DNA of 20,000 nt from an uncultured virus (IMG/VR IMGVR_UViG_3300008120_000127) (taxonomy: Duplodnaviria; Heunggongvirae; Uroviricota; Caudoviricetes): IMG/VR virus record IMGVR_UViG_3300008120_000127. One strand, written 5' to 3'. Positions within the stretch are counted from its first letter, which is position 1. The number at the start of each line of letters is the position of its first letter. The notes under the pieces were generated by a model. It did no database searches, had not been told where the DNA came from, and saw only the letters and a program-made list of their open reading frames with translations. Positions 1-10,329 of this stretch are shown here, one piece after another. Both the position numbers and the translations under genes were made by a program.

Positions 1-1516
1 AGGTTAATGGTGGCGCCAAAGCACCGGTGTCATATTGCTGATACCCAGTTGATCTAGCGTTACTGCTGGAACCGAGCATGAAGCCGGAAGAGAATAGTGA
101 CGATCCTGCTGTTATTCCTTCAATGTATTTATCTGAATCAAATATTTTATACTTACCAGAAAAAGTATTTAACATTGTATTGATTGCATTTACAAAAATA
201 GGAGTGTTTGTAAAAACATTTTTATCTTCTATAGTTAGATTATTAAATTCTTTTATTTGTTCATCTAAATTATAGATATAGCTATCAAATTCTTGCGGGA
301 ATCTGTACGCATAGTAGTCGATATCTGTTTTCTTATTTTTAGAGATACCTTTAACCGTACTTTTTCTTTTAAAGAACCAATAAATAATATCTTGGAACTT
401 ACTAAAGCGAGCTTTTCGATCATTAATAACAGCTTTAACAAAAGAATCTAAAGCCTTAGAATTTAATTCTGAATTAATTGGTGATCTACTATTTTTTACA
501 TAATCTTGCTGATTAAATATAAATATAATTTTTTTAATAGATTTTTTATTGAATCTTAAATCAAAAACTCTGTTCAATAAAGCCGGACCATTTAAGAGGA
601 CAGTGTAATTTTCAGATGGCGCAATATTGTTTGCATCAACGGGAGAGTTATGATAGACAACTGCTTGAAGAAGTCTAAAGTTAGTTGACTGATTTGGCTG
701 GAATCTAATCGTATCAATATTAATAGGCCTTTGTAGATTTATCTCAACTGCGGATATTGCCCCAGAAACATTTGAATAATCATAGTTGAAGTATTTGATA
801 TAATCTTTTAGCTGAGCTGATAATATTGCTGGAGCCTTAACGGTTACTGACCATGAATCAAAAAAGTTATCATTGAATAAATTCTCAAAACTTGAATCAG
901 TTGTCACGTAGTTATTGTAGTTGTTTGTAATATTTATTGATTTTATATTTCTAATAATATTTTTTACGTCTTGACCTTTACCAATTTTTAAAGTTCCACT
1001 AACTGGATCTATGTACGCGTTGTTTGTCTCGCCAAAAGAAACACCATCTCTATCTGGAATAGGAAATTGTGTGCCATCTGCCCTATAGTCGTTAAAGAAA
1101 CTGTCAAATTTTTCTATGTAGTTAGCGTTAAATAGATCGTCTTTACCAGAAATAAATTCATAATTATCTATAAATACTTGAAGTTTATCTAAATCTTCTT
1201 CAACTTTTTCTATTTCAGAACTAAATACTCCAACAATAGAATTCAGAGCGATGCCCGTAGCATTAGCTGCATTAAAAAGGTTCTGCATTCTTAGGTAGGC
1301 ATTCCTGAATGCGTCAACCATTGCTTCTTTCGTTAAGAGAGCAAAAGCTGGCACCTTAGCGCCTGAGTAATTGAGGTCAACAGTCATGTTTGACATTTTA
1401 GTTACCAGGAAATTTAAGTCAGTTTTTTCAAGCCTCATATCTCTGATTAGAGAGGAGACTGTAGCCCTGGAAGCGGAAGAGTATAAGCTAATTGTTTCTG
1501 GTAATGCGTGTATCAT
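1..1516 (-). CDS. Large putative virion structural protein (>505 aa, 3'-partial) with a discoidin/galactose-binding-like jelly-roll segment; absent from the ORF track
   Basis: Translated by hand. ATG at 1516 directly follows the upstream TAA (1519-1517), with GGAAGGGGAAG upstream. The frame is open to the window edge: MIHALPETISLYSSASRATVSSLIRDMRLEK...GALAPPLT. It has a helical/coiled-coil N-part (EIEKVEEDLDKLQVFID), then NLFNDNFFDSW...VEINLQRPINIDTIRFQP...FNKKSIKKIIFIFNQ, a F5/8-type-C-like pattern. Confidence 0.85.
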   Translation of the reverse strand, partial: MIHALPETISLYSSASRATVSSLIRDMRLEKTDLNFLVTKMSNMTVDLNYSGAKVPAFALLTKEAMVDAFRNAYLRMQNLFNAANATGIALNSIVGVFSSEIEKVEEDLDKLQVFIDNYEFISGKDDLFNANYIEKFDSFFNDYRADGTQFPIPDRDGVSFGETNNAYIDPVSGTLKIGKGQDVKNIIRNIKSINITNNYNNYVTTDSSFENLFNDNFFDSWSVTVKAPAILSAQLKDYIKYFNYDYSNVSGAISAVEINLQRPINIDTIRFQPNQSTNFRLLQAVVYHNSPVDANNIAPSENYTVLLNGPALLNRVFDLRFNKKSIKKIIFIFNQQDYVKNSRSPINSELNSKALDSFVKAVINDRKARFSKFQDIIYWFFKRKSTVKGISKNKKTDIDYYAYRFPQEFDSYIYNLDEQIKEFNNLTIEDKNVFTNTPIFVNAINTMLNTFSGKYKIFDSDKYIEGITAGSSLFSSGFMLGSSSNARSTGYQQYDTGALAPPLT

Positions 1517-4261
1517 TTAAGACCAATCTTCCCCTTCCATGTTTTGCAAATCGAAAACAATTCCGGCTGTTAAGTTATTTCTAATAATATTATATATTTC
1601 TTGTGGCGAAGTAAAGTTTTGTTTAACATTTTCAGGCACTCTAATTATAACATATCCACCGTTCATATAGGATGTTCCGCTTGCGGGATAGGTATCCCAA
1701 TGGGATAGAATTTCAGGAACTTCGTTAATTATATCTGAGTTTTCAATGTCAGCCTTAATTCCGCCTCCTCTTAATCTTAAGTCAAATAATTTAGGTTTAA
1801 CTTTATTTGGATTATTTGTAACATATATAATAGCTACACACAGGGCAAACGGATCGTAGTCTATTGATGTTTCATCAAATATTGTTGAACTATAGGTAAA
1901 ATTAACCGGATTGCTGTATTGAAATTCTGTTACTTTTTCATAACTAAATACATTTACATCAGACTGATTAGGTGAATTCTTTTTATAGATATTTTTAGGC
2001 GTCAAGTAAACATACATTGGCTCATCAAATTGTATGCTATCAGAGTTTAAAAATGGGTTTAACGGTATAGGCGTACCATTAATGTGTCTAACTAGAGAAT
2101 TTTTGTTTATTGTAGAATAATCAACTTTTACCAGTGTTGTTTCGCTGGGTATAATTCGTTTTTTGAATTTGATTAATCCATTTTCACAATCTACATCTGA
2201 TATCAACGAGTCATCGACCTTCACCCAAGGAGAATCAATCGTTGATCTAGTATAAATGTTAACTTCTTGACGGACAATTCCACCTATTGACTGACGGTAA
2301 TCTGTTTTATGATTCCAACTTAAAATTGGCGTTCTTCTTAATTTAATAGATTTACTGTCTATGATTAAAGGATTTTCGTTAACGACATCATAGTAACCAT
2401 AACCATATATCTTAGACCAAGAGACATCAGATAAATCCATTGTAGAATATTCTGCCAACATTTCTTGTCCGGAATATATGGATTTCCAATCTGTATATTG
2501 AACTGAAGATTTTATTTTAATTTTCTTATTAAAAGAACCATTAGAGATTGGGAGTTCCCATGCATCGAATTTTGACAAATTGGCGCTAATGTTATTTATT
2601 TGAACAGCGGATCCACCACCGTGCTTAACGGAATAGATTGGAGTTAAATACTTCAATGGTATTCTTGTTGGAATAAATGTTGTTGAATTATTTTGTCCAA
2701 CAAACTCGTTATCACCATTCGCTCCATCTGAGTCTAAGGCGCAAATGGCTATGTATATATTTTCAAAATTAGTAAAAGATGACCTCGTATAAAAGTCGAC
2801 ATAACTTAAAGAATGCCCTAATAGCTCTTGGGTACTTAAATCATAGAAACCATATCTAAAACCGTCAGAAGGAAGTTCATTAACTAACGAGAAATAACCG
2901 TAAGCTATATCCCTTTCTTCTTGAGAAAATGTTTGAGGATTTGACACTGATGCTGATATTTGCGCTAGTGTTGGCAGCCCTATTGGCTTGCCATTAGAAT
3001 CGCATAGAAGCAATATTCCATCACCATAATTAATTGAATTTTTTCCTTCAGGAAATATTTGTCCCAGGCGATTCTTTAATCTATAACCAGAAGAAAGGTC
3101 TATCTCAGTGGTTCTGGTAAGTGCATCTCCATAAAATGTGCTAGATGTTTCTAGTATAACATTATTTTCTTGCGTTTGCCTTATCGATATTGGTGAACCA
3201 GAAACTGTTTGACCTAGACTTGTTGTATCCGATAGAGTTAAATTTTGCAAAGAAAAAGTTCCAGCTACCACATTATTTCTAAAATTAGGAATCTTTATTT
3301 CATACTCACCAGTCAACAAGTAGTCAACACTATTAAGATTAACACCAGATTCACTGGTAAAAGTTAATTCTCTTTGATTCACTCCATCTGGAGAATAACT
3401 AAGAGATGAAACATATTGAGTTTGCTGAGCCGAAACTCTTTCTACATTGGAAATATTAATCAAGGCCGGAGAAGATGGAGTGACATCGTTTAAGGAAGTA
3501 ATAAAATTAGCTTTTACGTTAATTCTAATTGGGTCCTCATAATCTACTACCTGTGTTATATCTGGATCTTTTACCAATGCTGCAACATTGATTTCAGAAA
3601 TGCCAAACCCCTCACCCTGACCTAGGCCGTATATTCCGCCACCAACAAGATTTACCCATACATATCTTACGCTTTCTGCAGATCTTCCGTTCATTGGAAT
3701 TTCTATATTGGTTGATACCGCAGATAGATCCAGCGCCTCAATGTTTGGATATTCAAATATATTTGTAGAAAAAGATGAATGCCAACCAAAAGAAATGGCC
3801 TTATAATTTCTCCATCTAATGTCTTGATCTGGAACTATGATTATTTTTTCAACACTTAGAACTGATTGAGGTATTTCAAAAAATATTACATCAGAAGCCA
3901 GACTTGGCCCAGCAACTCCGGTGAATGTTGTTTTTCTATAGGTTTTACCAGAACCAATATCTGGCGCCAAACCCATCTCTTCAACCTTTTGTATATATTT
4001 TCTAATATCCTCTGAGGCAAACGTTTTCCAGGATTCAAATAACTGATTATCTGTTGCAATTAAATTAAGCCAATATTTGGCCAAATACCATTTAGTTTCA
4101 CTGTCAACTTTTCCGTCAATGTATCTTTGATTATTTGCAATCTGAAAAGATCTTACTGCGGAAGCGGTTGATGAACCATAATCTCCATCTACTGCTTTTG
4201 TATAGAAACCTGCAGCACCCAGTGTGTACTGTATATATTTAACGTATTCGTGCGTAGCCAT
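1517..4261 (-). CDS. 914 aa virion/baseplate protein with an N-terminal peptidoglycan-binding (PG_binding_1-like) domain
   Basis: AAGGA RBS 6 nt before ATG. The N-terminus VKYIQYTL..AGFY..AVDGDYGSSTASAVRSFQ...IDGKVDSETK..L matches the PGBD consensus. A jelly-roll-like segment follows (VRYVWVNL...FGISEINV). The C-terminus DLRLRGGG...EIYNIIRNNLTAGIVF resembles baseplate wedge protein ends. Confidence 0.8.
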   Translation of the reverse strand: MATHEYVKYIQYTLGAAGFYTKAVDGDYGSSTASAVRSFQIANNQRYIDGKVDSETKWYLAKYWLNLIATDNQLFESWKTFASEDIRKYIQKVEEMGLAPDIGSGKTYRKTTFTGVAGPSLASDVIFFEIPQSVLSVEKIIIVPDQDIRWRNYKAISFGWHSSFSTNIFEYPNIEALDLSAVSTNIEIPMNGRSAESVRYVWVNLVGGGIYGLGQGEGFGISEINVAALVKDPDITQVVDYEDPIRINVKANFITSLNDVTPSSPALINISNVERVSAQQTQYVSSLSYSPDGVNQRELTFTSESGVNLNSVDYLLTGEYEIKIPNFRNNVVAGTFSLQNLTLSDTTSLGQTVSGSPISIRQTQENNVILETSSTFYGDALTRTTEIDLSSGYRLKNRLGQIFPEGKNSINYGDGILLLCDSNGKPIGLPTLAQISASVSNPQTFSQEERDIAYGYFSLVNELPSDGFRYGFYDLSTQELLGHSLSYVDFYTRSSFTNFENIYIAICALDSDGANGDNEFVGQNNSTTFIPTRIPLKYLTPIYSVKHGGGSAVQINNISANLSKFDAWELPISNGSFNKKIKIKSSVQYTDWKSIYSGQEMLAEYSTMDLSDVSWSKIYGYGYYDVVNENPLIIDSKSIKLRRTPILSWNHKTDYRQSIGGIVRQEVNIYTRSTIDSPWVKVDDSLISDVDCENGLIKFKKRIIPSETTLVKVDYSTINKNSLVRHINGTPIPLNPFLNSDSIQFDEPMYVYLTPKNIYKKNSPNQSDVNVFSYEKVTEFQYSNPVNFTYSSTIFDETSIDYDPFALCVAIIYVTNNPNKVKPKLFDLRLRGGGIKADIENSDIINEVPEILSHWDTYPASGTSYMNGGYVIIRVPENVKQNFTSPQEIYNIIRNNLTAGIVFDLQNMEGEDWS
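4075..4252 (-). other. Peptidoglycan-binding domain (three-helix PGBD)
   Basis: V-x-x-I-Q-x-x-L ... VDGDYGSST..AVRSFQ ... IDGKVDSET, i.e. the two canonical DG-x-x-(G)-x-x-T repeats. Confidence 0.85.
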
Positions 4262-4273
4262 AGTATTCCTTAA

Positions 4274-7200
4274 TTAAGATGTTCTTGCTGTTCTCGTCAA
4301 AAATTCAGCTGGTATAATAACTCTTGGGCCCAACTTTTCTTTTAGTTGCTGGAGGCTTATCTTGCCAGAGTTAAGTAGCATTTGTACTTTACCGTCTGAT
4401 TTAGCTTTACCGATGTGAACGCTGTATTCACCTAGGCTATATTTTGATACAATGCCAATATCATAAGATCTTCCTGACATTGATCCATCTTTCAGCCAAT
4501 ATCTCCATTCGGCAATTATAAATGAGTCATATCCTGGACCAGCTAGCTGAATTTTATTCTGATTATGATAATCAAGACTGATCGACTTGAAATCAGAGCT
4601 AGATGTCATCTGCGGAATGGTTTGCGCTGCTACTTCAACAGATGTTGGTATTTTGTTTATTCTTTGCTCAATTCTGTCTGGCGACGCATAGATTGTTGGC
4701 GGATTTAGCTGATAATAATTTGAAATGTACAAAGAGCTAAGGTAGTCCCCTACCGCACGCGCATCTTCTATGGACAAGAATCTTTCAGTTCCATCACCAG
4801 ACGAATCCCATCCCTGCTTCCATATTCTTGTTTCGCCATGTATTTCGATGTCGCCCGTATAAGGGAATACGTTAGATGTTTCAGAAGTAGATTGAGCTCT
4901 TAATAAATCATAATCATCGATAGCAGATTTTATAGAAGAAGTCTTTAAAGTTCTCAGCGCTGGCTCTGGAACAATAACAGTAGTTCTAGTTCTCTTTATG
5001 GTGCCCATTAAATCATATGTTAATTCGCCATTTAACTTAGTTTGGAAAACTGTCGGCTGATCAATTCCTTCATATGAAACAAAAGAAGACTTTAATCTAA
5101 ACGAATACGAATGAAAACCAGAAGAAGGATTAAATCCACTTAGCAGCTGTCTACTTGAAGAACTATTTATAGGCCTTTCCAGCAAGGCGTATGGTCCCAT
5201 CCCGGAAATAGGAGTAAGGGATTTTGAGTACTTTATGGTATATGCATACGCTGCAGCATTTGCTGGATGCGCAGTATCTCCGGTTGATTCATTTATCTCA
5301 TGTAAACTATACGAAGATGGTACATTGATATTTGCCAAATCAGTGTCCGACAATTTGGTTGCGTCTTTAATTAAAACATCAGGATTAGTTACTTCAATGA
5401 AAAAATCCACATCATTAACAGATATCTCTGACAAAATTGATACTTGTGTTGCTGGTAATTTTAATGACATTTTTTCTTTAAAATAATTAAATAAACTAGT
5501 ATTGCTTGACGCTGCGTTCTTGGTCAGTACTCTGGCATATACTGATGTTGAAGGTGAAATTGGAGTTATTTCAAAATCATTTTTCTCAGAGTCATCCAGG
5601 GCGTCACTATACATGACCCATGATGAATTCCAGTCTGTAACAAAATTAGTTAAAGAAGATATGACGGAAGAAGATTGTTGCGATCTAGCCTTTGAATAAA
5701 GGGCATAAGAAATTGTATTGTACAGCAGTTTGAACGGCCCTTCTATAATTGCTGGCAGTACATTTTCTGTTTCAATATTTCCGGCGTGTGTACTTTCATT
5801 GTTATCATTAACTGGTATTTCCGATGCTGACAATGAATACACTTTATTGCAGTATTCCATCACAGGAAAGGTTGTAGCTATGACATTGCCCTTAGATAAG
5901 TTATCTACAGCTGGAGAATATGATATAGCAGTACCTATAGTTTGTTGGGATCCTGTTGTTGGTCCAACCTTAACAAAACTATTGCCAGAAGTCGTATTGG
6001 AAAAATACTTATATGTCTTAGGATTTAAATCTCTTGTATACCTAGACCCAAATATACCATAATAAGTTTTTTCAAAAATGTTATCATTTATATCCCAGCC
6101 ACCATTTTTATTGGAATCTATAATATAATTATCAGCATTCATCGATGCGATAGTGCCAAACTTATTTGTGATGTAATCATTGATCTTTTGCGCCTGAAGT
6201 GGAGTAACTGAAAAATCTGGTGACCAAAAAATAATGTCATACTGAGATAAGTCTTGCGTGCTGACGGTATCAATATTTGTAAGCCAGTACGCACTGGTGT
6301 TTTTGTTTTGTGTATTGGCTAATGGATTTTGAAAATTAAAGTTAGATAAGTTAAAAGGTGAATTTTGTAATCTATATATTGTGTATGGGTTGATGTTTGA
6401 ACTGCTAGTTTCGCCAGAGTATAGTATGCAAGAATTTACTGTTCTATTGGAACCAAAGTTTACTTCTGTTAAATTAAGAGCTCTTTTAACCCTGCCTATT
6501 ATTCTCCAATTGAATACTTCATATGTTCTATAATCCTTAATAGCCTTGCTTGGCACTATGGCTTGATAACCATTTTTGATTACATTAGATTGACCATATG
6601 TGTTTACGAATCTGTTGTCCACTTTTTTAATAGAAAAAATATTTGATCCAATATAATTTGGATCTATAACAAACGACTCTTCTGGTAGCTCCTTAAACAT
6701 TGGGACCGAATTAATATTTTCGGTATACCTGAGCTGATGATTGTGTCTTTTTCCTTTTTCATCTACTTCAAATTTATTATAAATTAACTTTAGACCAACA
6801 GGTGTTGTAGTATCTAAGAAGACTAAAATTTTGTATGGAAGTTCGGAATCGTTTATATTATAATCAGTTTTAAATGGTTCCAATAATATTTTATACTTAG
6901 GCTTATTGGTGTCTTCGTCTACGTATTCTTTTCCATACTGATCTATAATCTTTATGCCAACTTCCGAAATACGTGCGCTATCAAGATAATCATTTAAGGT
7001 TATGACAGAAAAGACAGCTGGCAGTACAGTAAAGTATCTGCTGACATAATAATGATGAGCAAAATTATCACTATCTACTTGCAGAGGATCAACTTTTTGT
7101 GAAGATGTAATTTTATCCACAAATACATTGCTAACGCTTATGTTGTTATTTGAAATAATAGATGACCCATCTGGCCTTGTCAAAATGCCAAACTCGTCCG

Positions 7201-7405
7201 CATACATTAGTTCTGATTGACCAGAAAGTGGGATGCGATTTTCCAATATAGTCCCTGATAAATCAAATATTGTGACATTTTTTTCAGGAGAAATTGGATC
7301 TACATTAAACCAAGCTAGAACAGCGGAATCACTTGGGGCATTCTGGCCAATCTTAATTGATTTTTCATTATTGGAATCTGTCAAGTTAACAAATTTTTCC
7401 ATCAT
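4274..7405 (-). CDS. 1043 aa putative virion structural protein with a central class-I-GATase-like (ThuA/DUF4159-type) alpha/beta segment
   Basis: Long ORF with GAGGA RBS and ATGA overlap with the upstream stop; the start could be 7405 or 7402. DLSQYDIIFW...VTPLQAQKINDYITNKFGTI and KLLYNTISYA match the L-x-x-YD...L-x-x-Y-V-x-x-GG...LL-x-N-x-x-W pattern of GATase-like domains. Confidence 0.7.
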   Translation of the reverse strand: MMEKFVNLTDSNNEKSIKIGQNAPSDSAVLAWFNVDPISPEKNVTIFDLSGTILENRIPLSGQSELMYADEFGILTRPDGSSIISNNNISVSNVFVDKITSSQKVDPLQVDSDNFAHHYYVSRYFTVLPAVFSVITLNDYLDSARISEVGIKIIDQYGKEYVDEDTNKPKYKILLEPFKTDYNINDSELPYKILVFLDTTTPVGLKLIYNKFEVDEKGKRHNHQLRYTENINSVPMFKELPEESFVIDPNYIGSNIFSIKKVDNRFVNTYGQSNVIKNGYQAIVPSKAIKDYRTYEVFNWRIIGRVKRALNLTEVNFGSNRTVNSCILYSGETSSSNINPYTIYRLQNSPFNLSNFNFQNPLANTQNKNTSAYWLTNIDTVSTQDLSQYDIIFWSPDFSVTPLQAQKINDYITNKFGTIASMNADNYIIDSNKNGGWDINDNIFEKTYYGIFGSRYTRDLNPKTYKYFSNTTSGNSFVKVGPTTGSQQTIGTAISYSPAVDNLSKGNVIATTFPVMEYCNKVYSLSASEIPVNDNNESTHAGNIETENVLPAIIEGPFKLLYNTISYALYSKARSQQSSSVISSLTNFVTDWNSSWVMYSDALDDSEKNDFEITPISPSTSVYARVLTKNAASSNTSLFNYFKEKMSLKLPATQVSILSEISVNDVDFFIEVTNPDVLIKDATKLSDTDLANINVPSSYSLHEINESTGDTAHPANAAAYAYTIKYSKSLTPISGMGPYALLERPINSSSSRQLLSGFNPSSGFHSYSFRLKSSFVSYEGIDQPTVFQTKLNGELTYDLMGTIKRTRTTVIVPEPALRTLKTSSIKSAIDDYDLLRAQSTSETSNVFPYTGDIEIHGETRIWKQGWDSSGDGTERFLSIEDARAVGDYLSSLYISNYYQLNPPTIYASPDRIEQRINKIPTSVEVAAQTIPQMTSSSDFKSISLDYHNQNKIQLAGPGYDSFIIAEWRYWLKDGSMSGRSYDIGIVSKYSLGEYSVHIGKAKSDGKVQMLLNSGKISLQQLKEKLGPRVIIPAEFLTRTARTS

Positions 7406-10329
7406 TGTTCCTCATGATCCGGGTGAACTAACTCATAATCAGATATATGGTTTGGTGTTGAGCCAAAAATTCCCATTTGATATTGGTCATACTTTCTTAA
7501 CGGCACCCATCTTGGCGGACTCCAATTCGGAGTTGCGCTACTATAAACAATAGTATTTGAATCGCTATGCTTATAAACAAAGTTAGGAGTTGCTATGATT
7601 TCTGAACCTTGCTGTTTATTTGAAGTATAAATATTGGGTAAGGGTGGGCTTAATTCTTGGTCATACTGAATTGTATCATAGGATTCATACCAATAAATAA
7701 CATCTCCAGATATAGTAACGTCTTGTCCTGCATTAATTTCTTGATCTGCCAACAAAATGCTTTTAGCGTACTCTTCATTTGAAATATTTACTCTAGCAAA
7801 CCAGTATCCCGGAGTCGCTGAGTCTTGCGCAGTTGCAATATTGGCTATTTCCAATTTTCCATCCGAAGAAGTATACGTTGTATAGTCTGGTGTTGCTGCA
7901 AACAAATCTTTTAGTGTTCTAGCCTTATTCCAGGAAACAGGCAGTACCTTGGGCCAAGGCTGATCATCCCAAACCACCTGTCCCACTATGGAGATACCTT
8001 GATCTGAGCCGGCGTTGATTATCAGAGAAGATGGAGCGGCTTTTAATCTTAGGATCTTGGGATCTGATATATTTACACCAAATGGCACTGATGTCACATA
8101 ACCTTGACTCTGGCTATTTATGCCACCATATGGAGTTGCCGAACCAATTCCAGATACATATAAATTGCTTGACTCGTATACTTCTTCTCCGGTATACGAA
8201 TATCTAATTATGGCTTTCCCTATTCCATTGTCATTTGTTGTGACATAAGCTGGTGTAGCTGAAACTATATCTCCATAAACATGGAAGGTTTGACCAGGCT
8301 TGAAATTATTATTTTCATCGTAAGATATTATAGTTAGATACATCAAGTCATCTTGTGAATTGGATATATTTGCAGGAGACAATAATGTTTTGGCGGAACT
8401 AAATGGGTAGTCTGTTTTTGACACATAAATGAATCCTTCATCTATAGGATTGGTAGATGGGACTAAGGATAGATCTATGGAATAGGTATTGTCATTTAGC
8501 GAAGACTCATAGGTAATAGAGTAGATTTCACTTGCATTAGGAGTGGAGCTAAAGTAGATATTTGAATTATAGCTATCAGTATTCTCATCGTATACATTTT
8601 TATCAACATACCAGGCATTTTTTACATCGTAATTGACGGTGTATTTTCTTCCATAAACCGACGGTGTGGCCTCACTGAAGCAGCTGAGTTCATTTGTAGA
8701 GGTTGATAAATTGCTAAATAACTCAACTCCAGTATATGAGTCTTTAACTGAAATGTTTTCAACATTTTCATATGCTAGATAAATGGCATTGCTTACATTG
8801 CCATAAATATCTTCTGTATTATTAAATACAATATTACCCGGCGTTGCTGCGTCTTCGAAAAGAATATTTCTATAATTTTCTTCACCAACTGTCACCATTA
8901 TCGGTGAGCCAGATCTAGGATACTGACTGAGTGGCAGAGAAAAGAATCTTCCTGTAGCAGAATCTGTGACAGGATTAGAGTATATGTAATATTCGTTTTC
9001 ATCTAAATATAACCAACCCGTATGAAGTGCTGGATTATTTTGAACTACATCTTGGGCATCTCTAGCAATTCTTACATCAATATCAACATTTTCGTTGTCT
9101 GCAAATGCGCTAGTCAAACCTAGAATCAAAGAATTTTTGTTATTGACATATGGATCAATATATTGTGTTTCGGATATTAGCTGTGCATCCTTGACAATAT
9201 AAGTGGTGTCTGAATCTAACCCAAAAGAATCTTTAGATAAAGATATCTTTTTTAGAAAATCATCTGAATTAAAGAATATATTGTTTGCTTCATCTGTACT
9301 TTCATAAACATTTTCCAGAGAATCTATGTATCCACTAAATAGCTGAGGAGTAGTTTGAGATGTAAATGAACTGTATTTTGTAAAATAAATCGGATAAAAA
9401 TTATTACTTGCCGACTCAAAAGTAAAATATGAAGGGGTTGCATTATAGTTTATTGTAGCGGAATCAAAGTATTCCGGCGTAGAAATTTCTACATTTGAAG
9501 AATTATATGTTTTATAGCTTATATTTGGAGAGGAAGGAACCAGGTATCTTTCGTTATCGTCTGGATTTATAACTGCGCCACCATAAATATCACTTATCAA
9601 AGTGTCGCCATTAAAATAGGTTAAACCAAGAGGTTTAACGTTATCAATATGTATATATTGCGGTGTTGCTTCCGGAGGAATAATCAACCTATTTACCAAA
9701 CTATCTATTTGCATAGAGTAATTTTGGGTGCCAGATTCAGTTAAATCATTATTATTATTCAAGTAAAAAGAAGAAGTAATTGTTTGTGTATTAAAACTTT
9801 CTACTTTTGTCTCATATACTGTCGAACCTATTCTAATGCTAGCGTCTCTGTAAGAGAATTGAGTTGGTGACGCCAACTCTGCAGACTGACCATAAGATGG
9901 ATTGGCATACCACGTTGTATTTGGAGTAGATCTAGTGAAAGCAACGCGGTAATTTGCTGTAGCCAAAGACTTATCATACGACTGAGTAATATGATTCCAT
10001 CCTCCATTTGAAAAGACTATTTTAACAGAATCTACATCATCAAAATTAATTGTGTTTACACTAGGAGAACTAGAGGCATTGTAGTAGATATTGTTATATG
10101 TCTTATCTCTAAACTGCAAAGAAGATAACGTGTATCCGTCATCATTGAATATTCTAATTAAATTATATTCTGGACTAGCAGGATGATTTTGTGGCAATCT
10201 ATTTCCAACATAGAAATCATCTCTATCTAGATAGTTTAAATTAACATAGAATGTAGATGGTGTGGCGTAGAAATTGTGCGTAGCCATTGATATTTCATAT
10301 GTTAAGCCGACTCCAAAGAAAGATACCAT
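7402..10329 (-). CDS. 975 aa S/T/N/Y-rich virion protein with Big_1/invasin-type Ig-like domains and 11 A-T-P motifs; probably the C-terminal part of the upstream gene
   Basis: Long ORF with no RBS in front of either ATG (10329 or 10287). YLTIISYDENNNFKPGQTF...YVTTNDNGIGKAII fits the Big_1 pattern T-x-x-D-x-x-G-N...TTD-x-NG-x-A. The start is uncertain. Confidence 0.75.
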   Translation of the reverse strand: MVSFFGVGLTYEISMATHNFYATPSTFYVNLNYLDRDDFYVGNRLPQNHPASPEYNLIRIFNDDGYTLSSLQFRDKTYNNIYYNASSSPSVNTINFDDVDSVKIVFSNGGWNHITQSYDKSLATANYRVAFTRSTPNTTWYANPSYGQSAELASPTQFSYRDASIRIGSTVYETKVESFNTQTITSSFYLNNNNDLTESGTQNYSMQIDSLVNRLIIPPEATPQYIHIDNVKPLGLTYFNGDTLISDIYGGAVINPDDNERYLVPSSPNISYKTYNSSNVEISTPEYFDSATINYNATPSYFTFESASNNFYPIYFTKYSSFTSQTTPQLFSGYIDSLENVYESTDEANNIFFNSDDFLKKISLSKDSFGLDSDTTYIVKDAQLISETQYIDPYVNNKNSLILGLTSAFADNENVDIDVRIARDAQDVVQNNPALHTGWLYLDENEYYIYSNPVTDSATGRFFSLPLSQYPRSGSPIMVTVGEENYRNILFEDAATPGNIVFNNTEDIYGNVSNAIYLAYENVENISVKDSYTGVELFSNLSTSTNELSCFSEATPSVYGRKYTVNYDVKNAWYVDKNVYDENTDSYNSNIYFSSTPNASEIYSITYESSLNDNTYSIDLSLVPSTNPIDEGFIYVSKTDYPFSSAKTLLSPANISNSQDDLMYLTIISYDENNNFKPGQTFHVYGDIVSATPAYVTTNDNGIGKAIIRYSYTGEEVYESSNLYVSGIGSATPYGGINSQSQGYVTSVPFGVNISDPKILRLKAAPSSLIINAGSDQGISIVGQVVWDDQPWPKVLPVSWNKARTLKDLFAATPDYTTYTSSDGKLEIANIATAQDSATPGYWFARVNISNEEYAKSILLADQEINAGQDVTISGDVIYWYESYDTIQYDQELSPPLPNIYTSNKQQGSEIIATPNFVYKHSDSNTIVYSSATPNWSPPRWVPLRKYDQYQMGIFGSTPNHISDYELVHPDHEEQ

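Noticed and set aside
4274..4805. Insert as intein, intron or homing endonuclease
   Set aside because: No C/S...HN-C/S/T intein ends, and no LAGLIDADG, HNH or GIY-YIG motif recognised. It ends in a stop plus RBS.
4250..10287. Identical 12-mer ATGGCTACGCAC (MATH) at the 914 aa gene start (4250-4261) and inside the 975 aa ORF (10276-10287)
   Set aside because: Several 12-mer matches are expected by chance in 20 kb. Similarity does not extend, and the second copy has no RBS.
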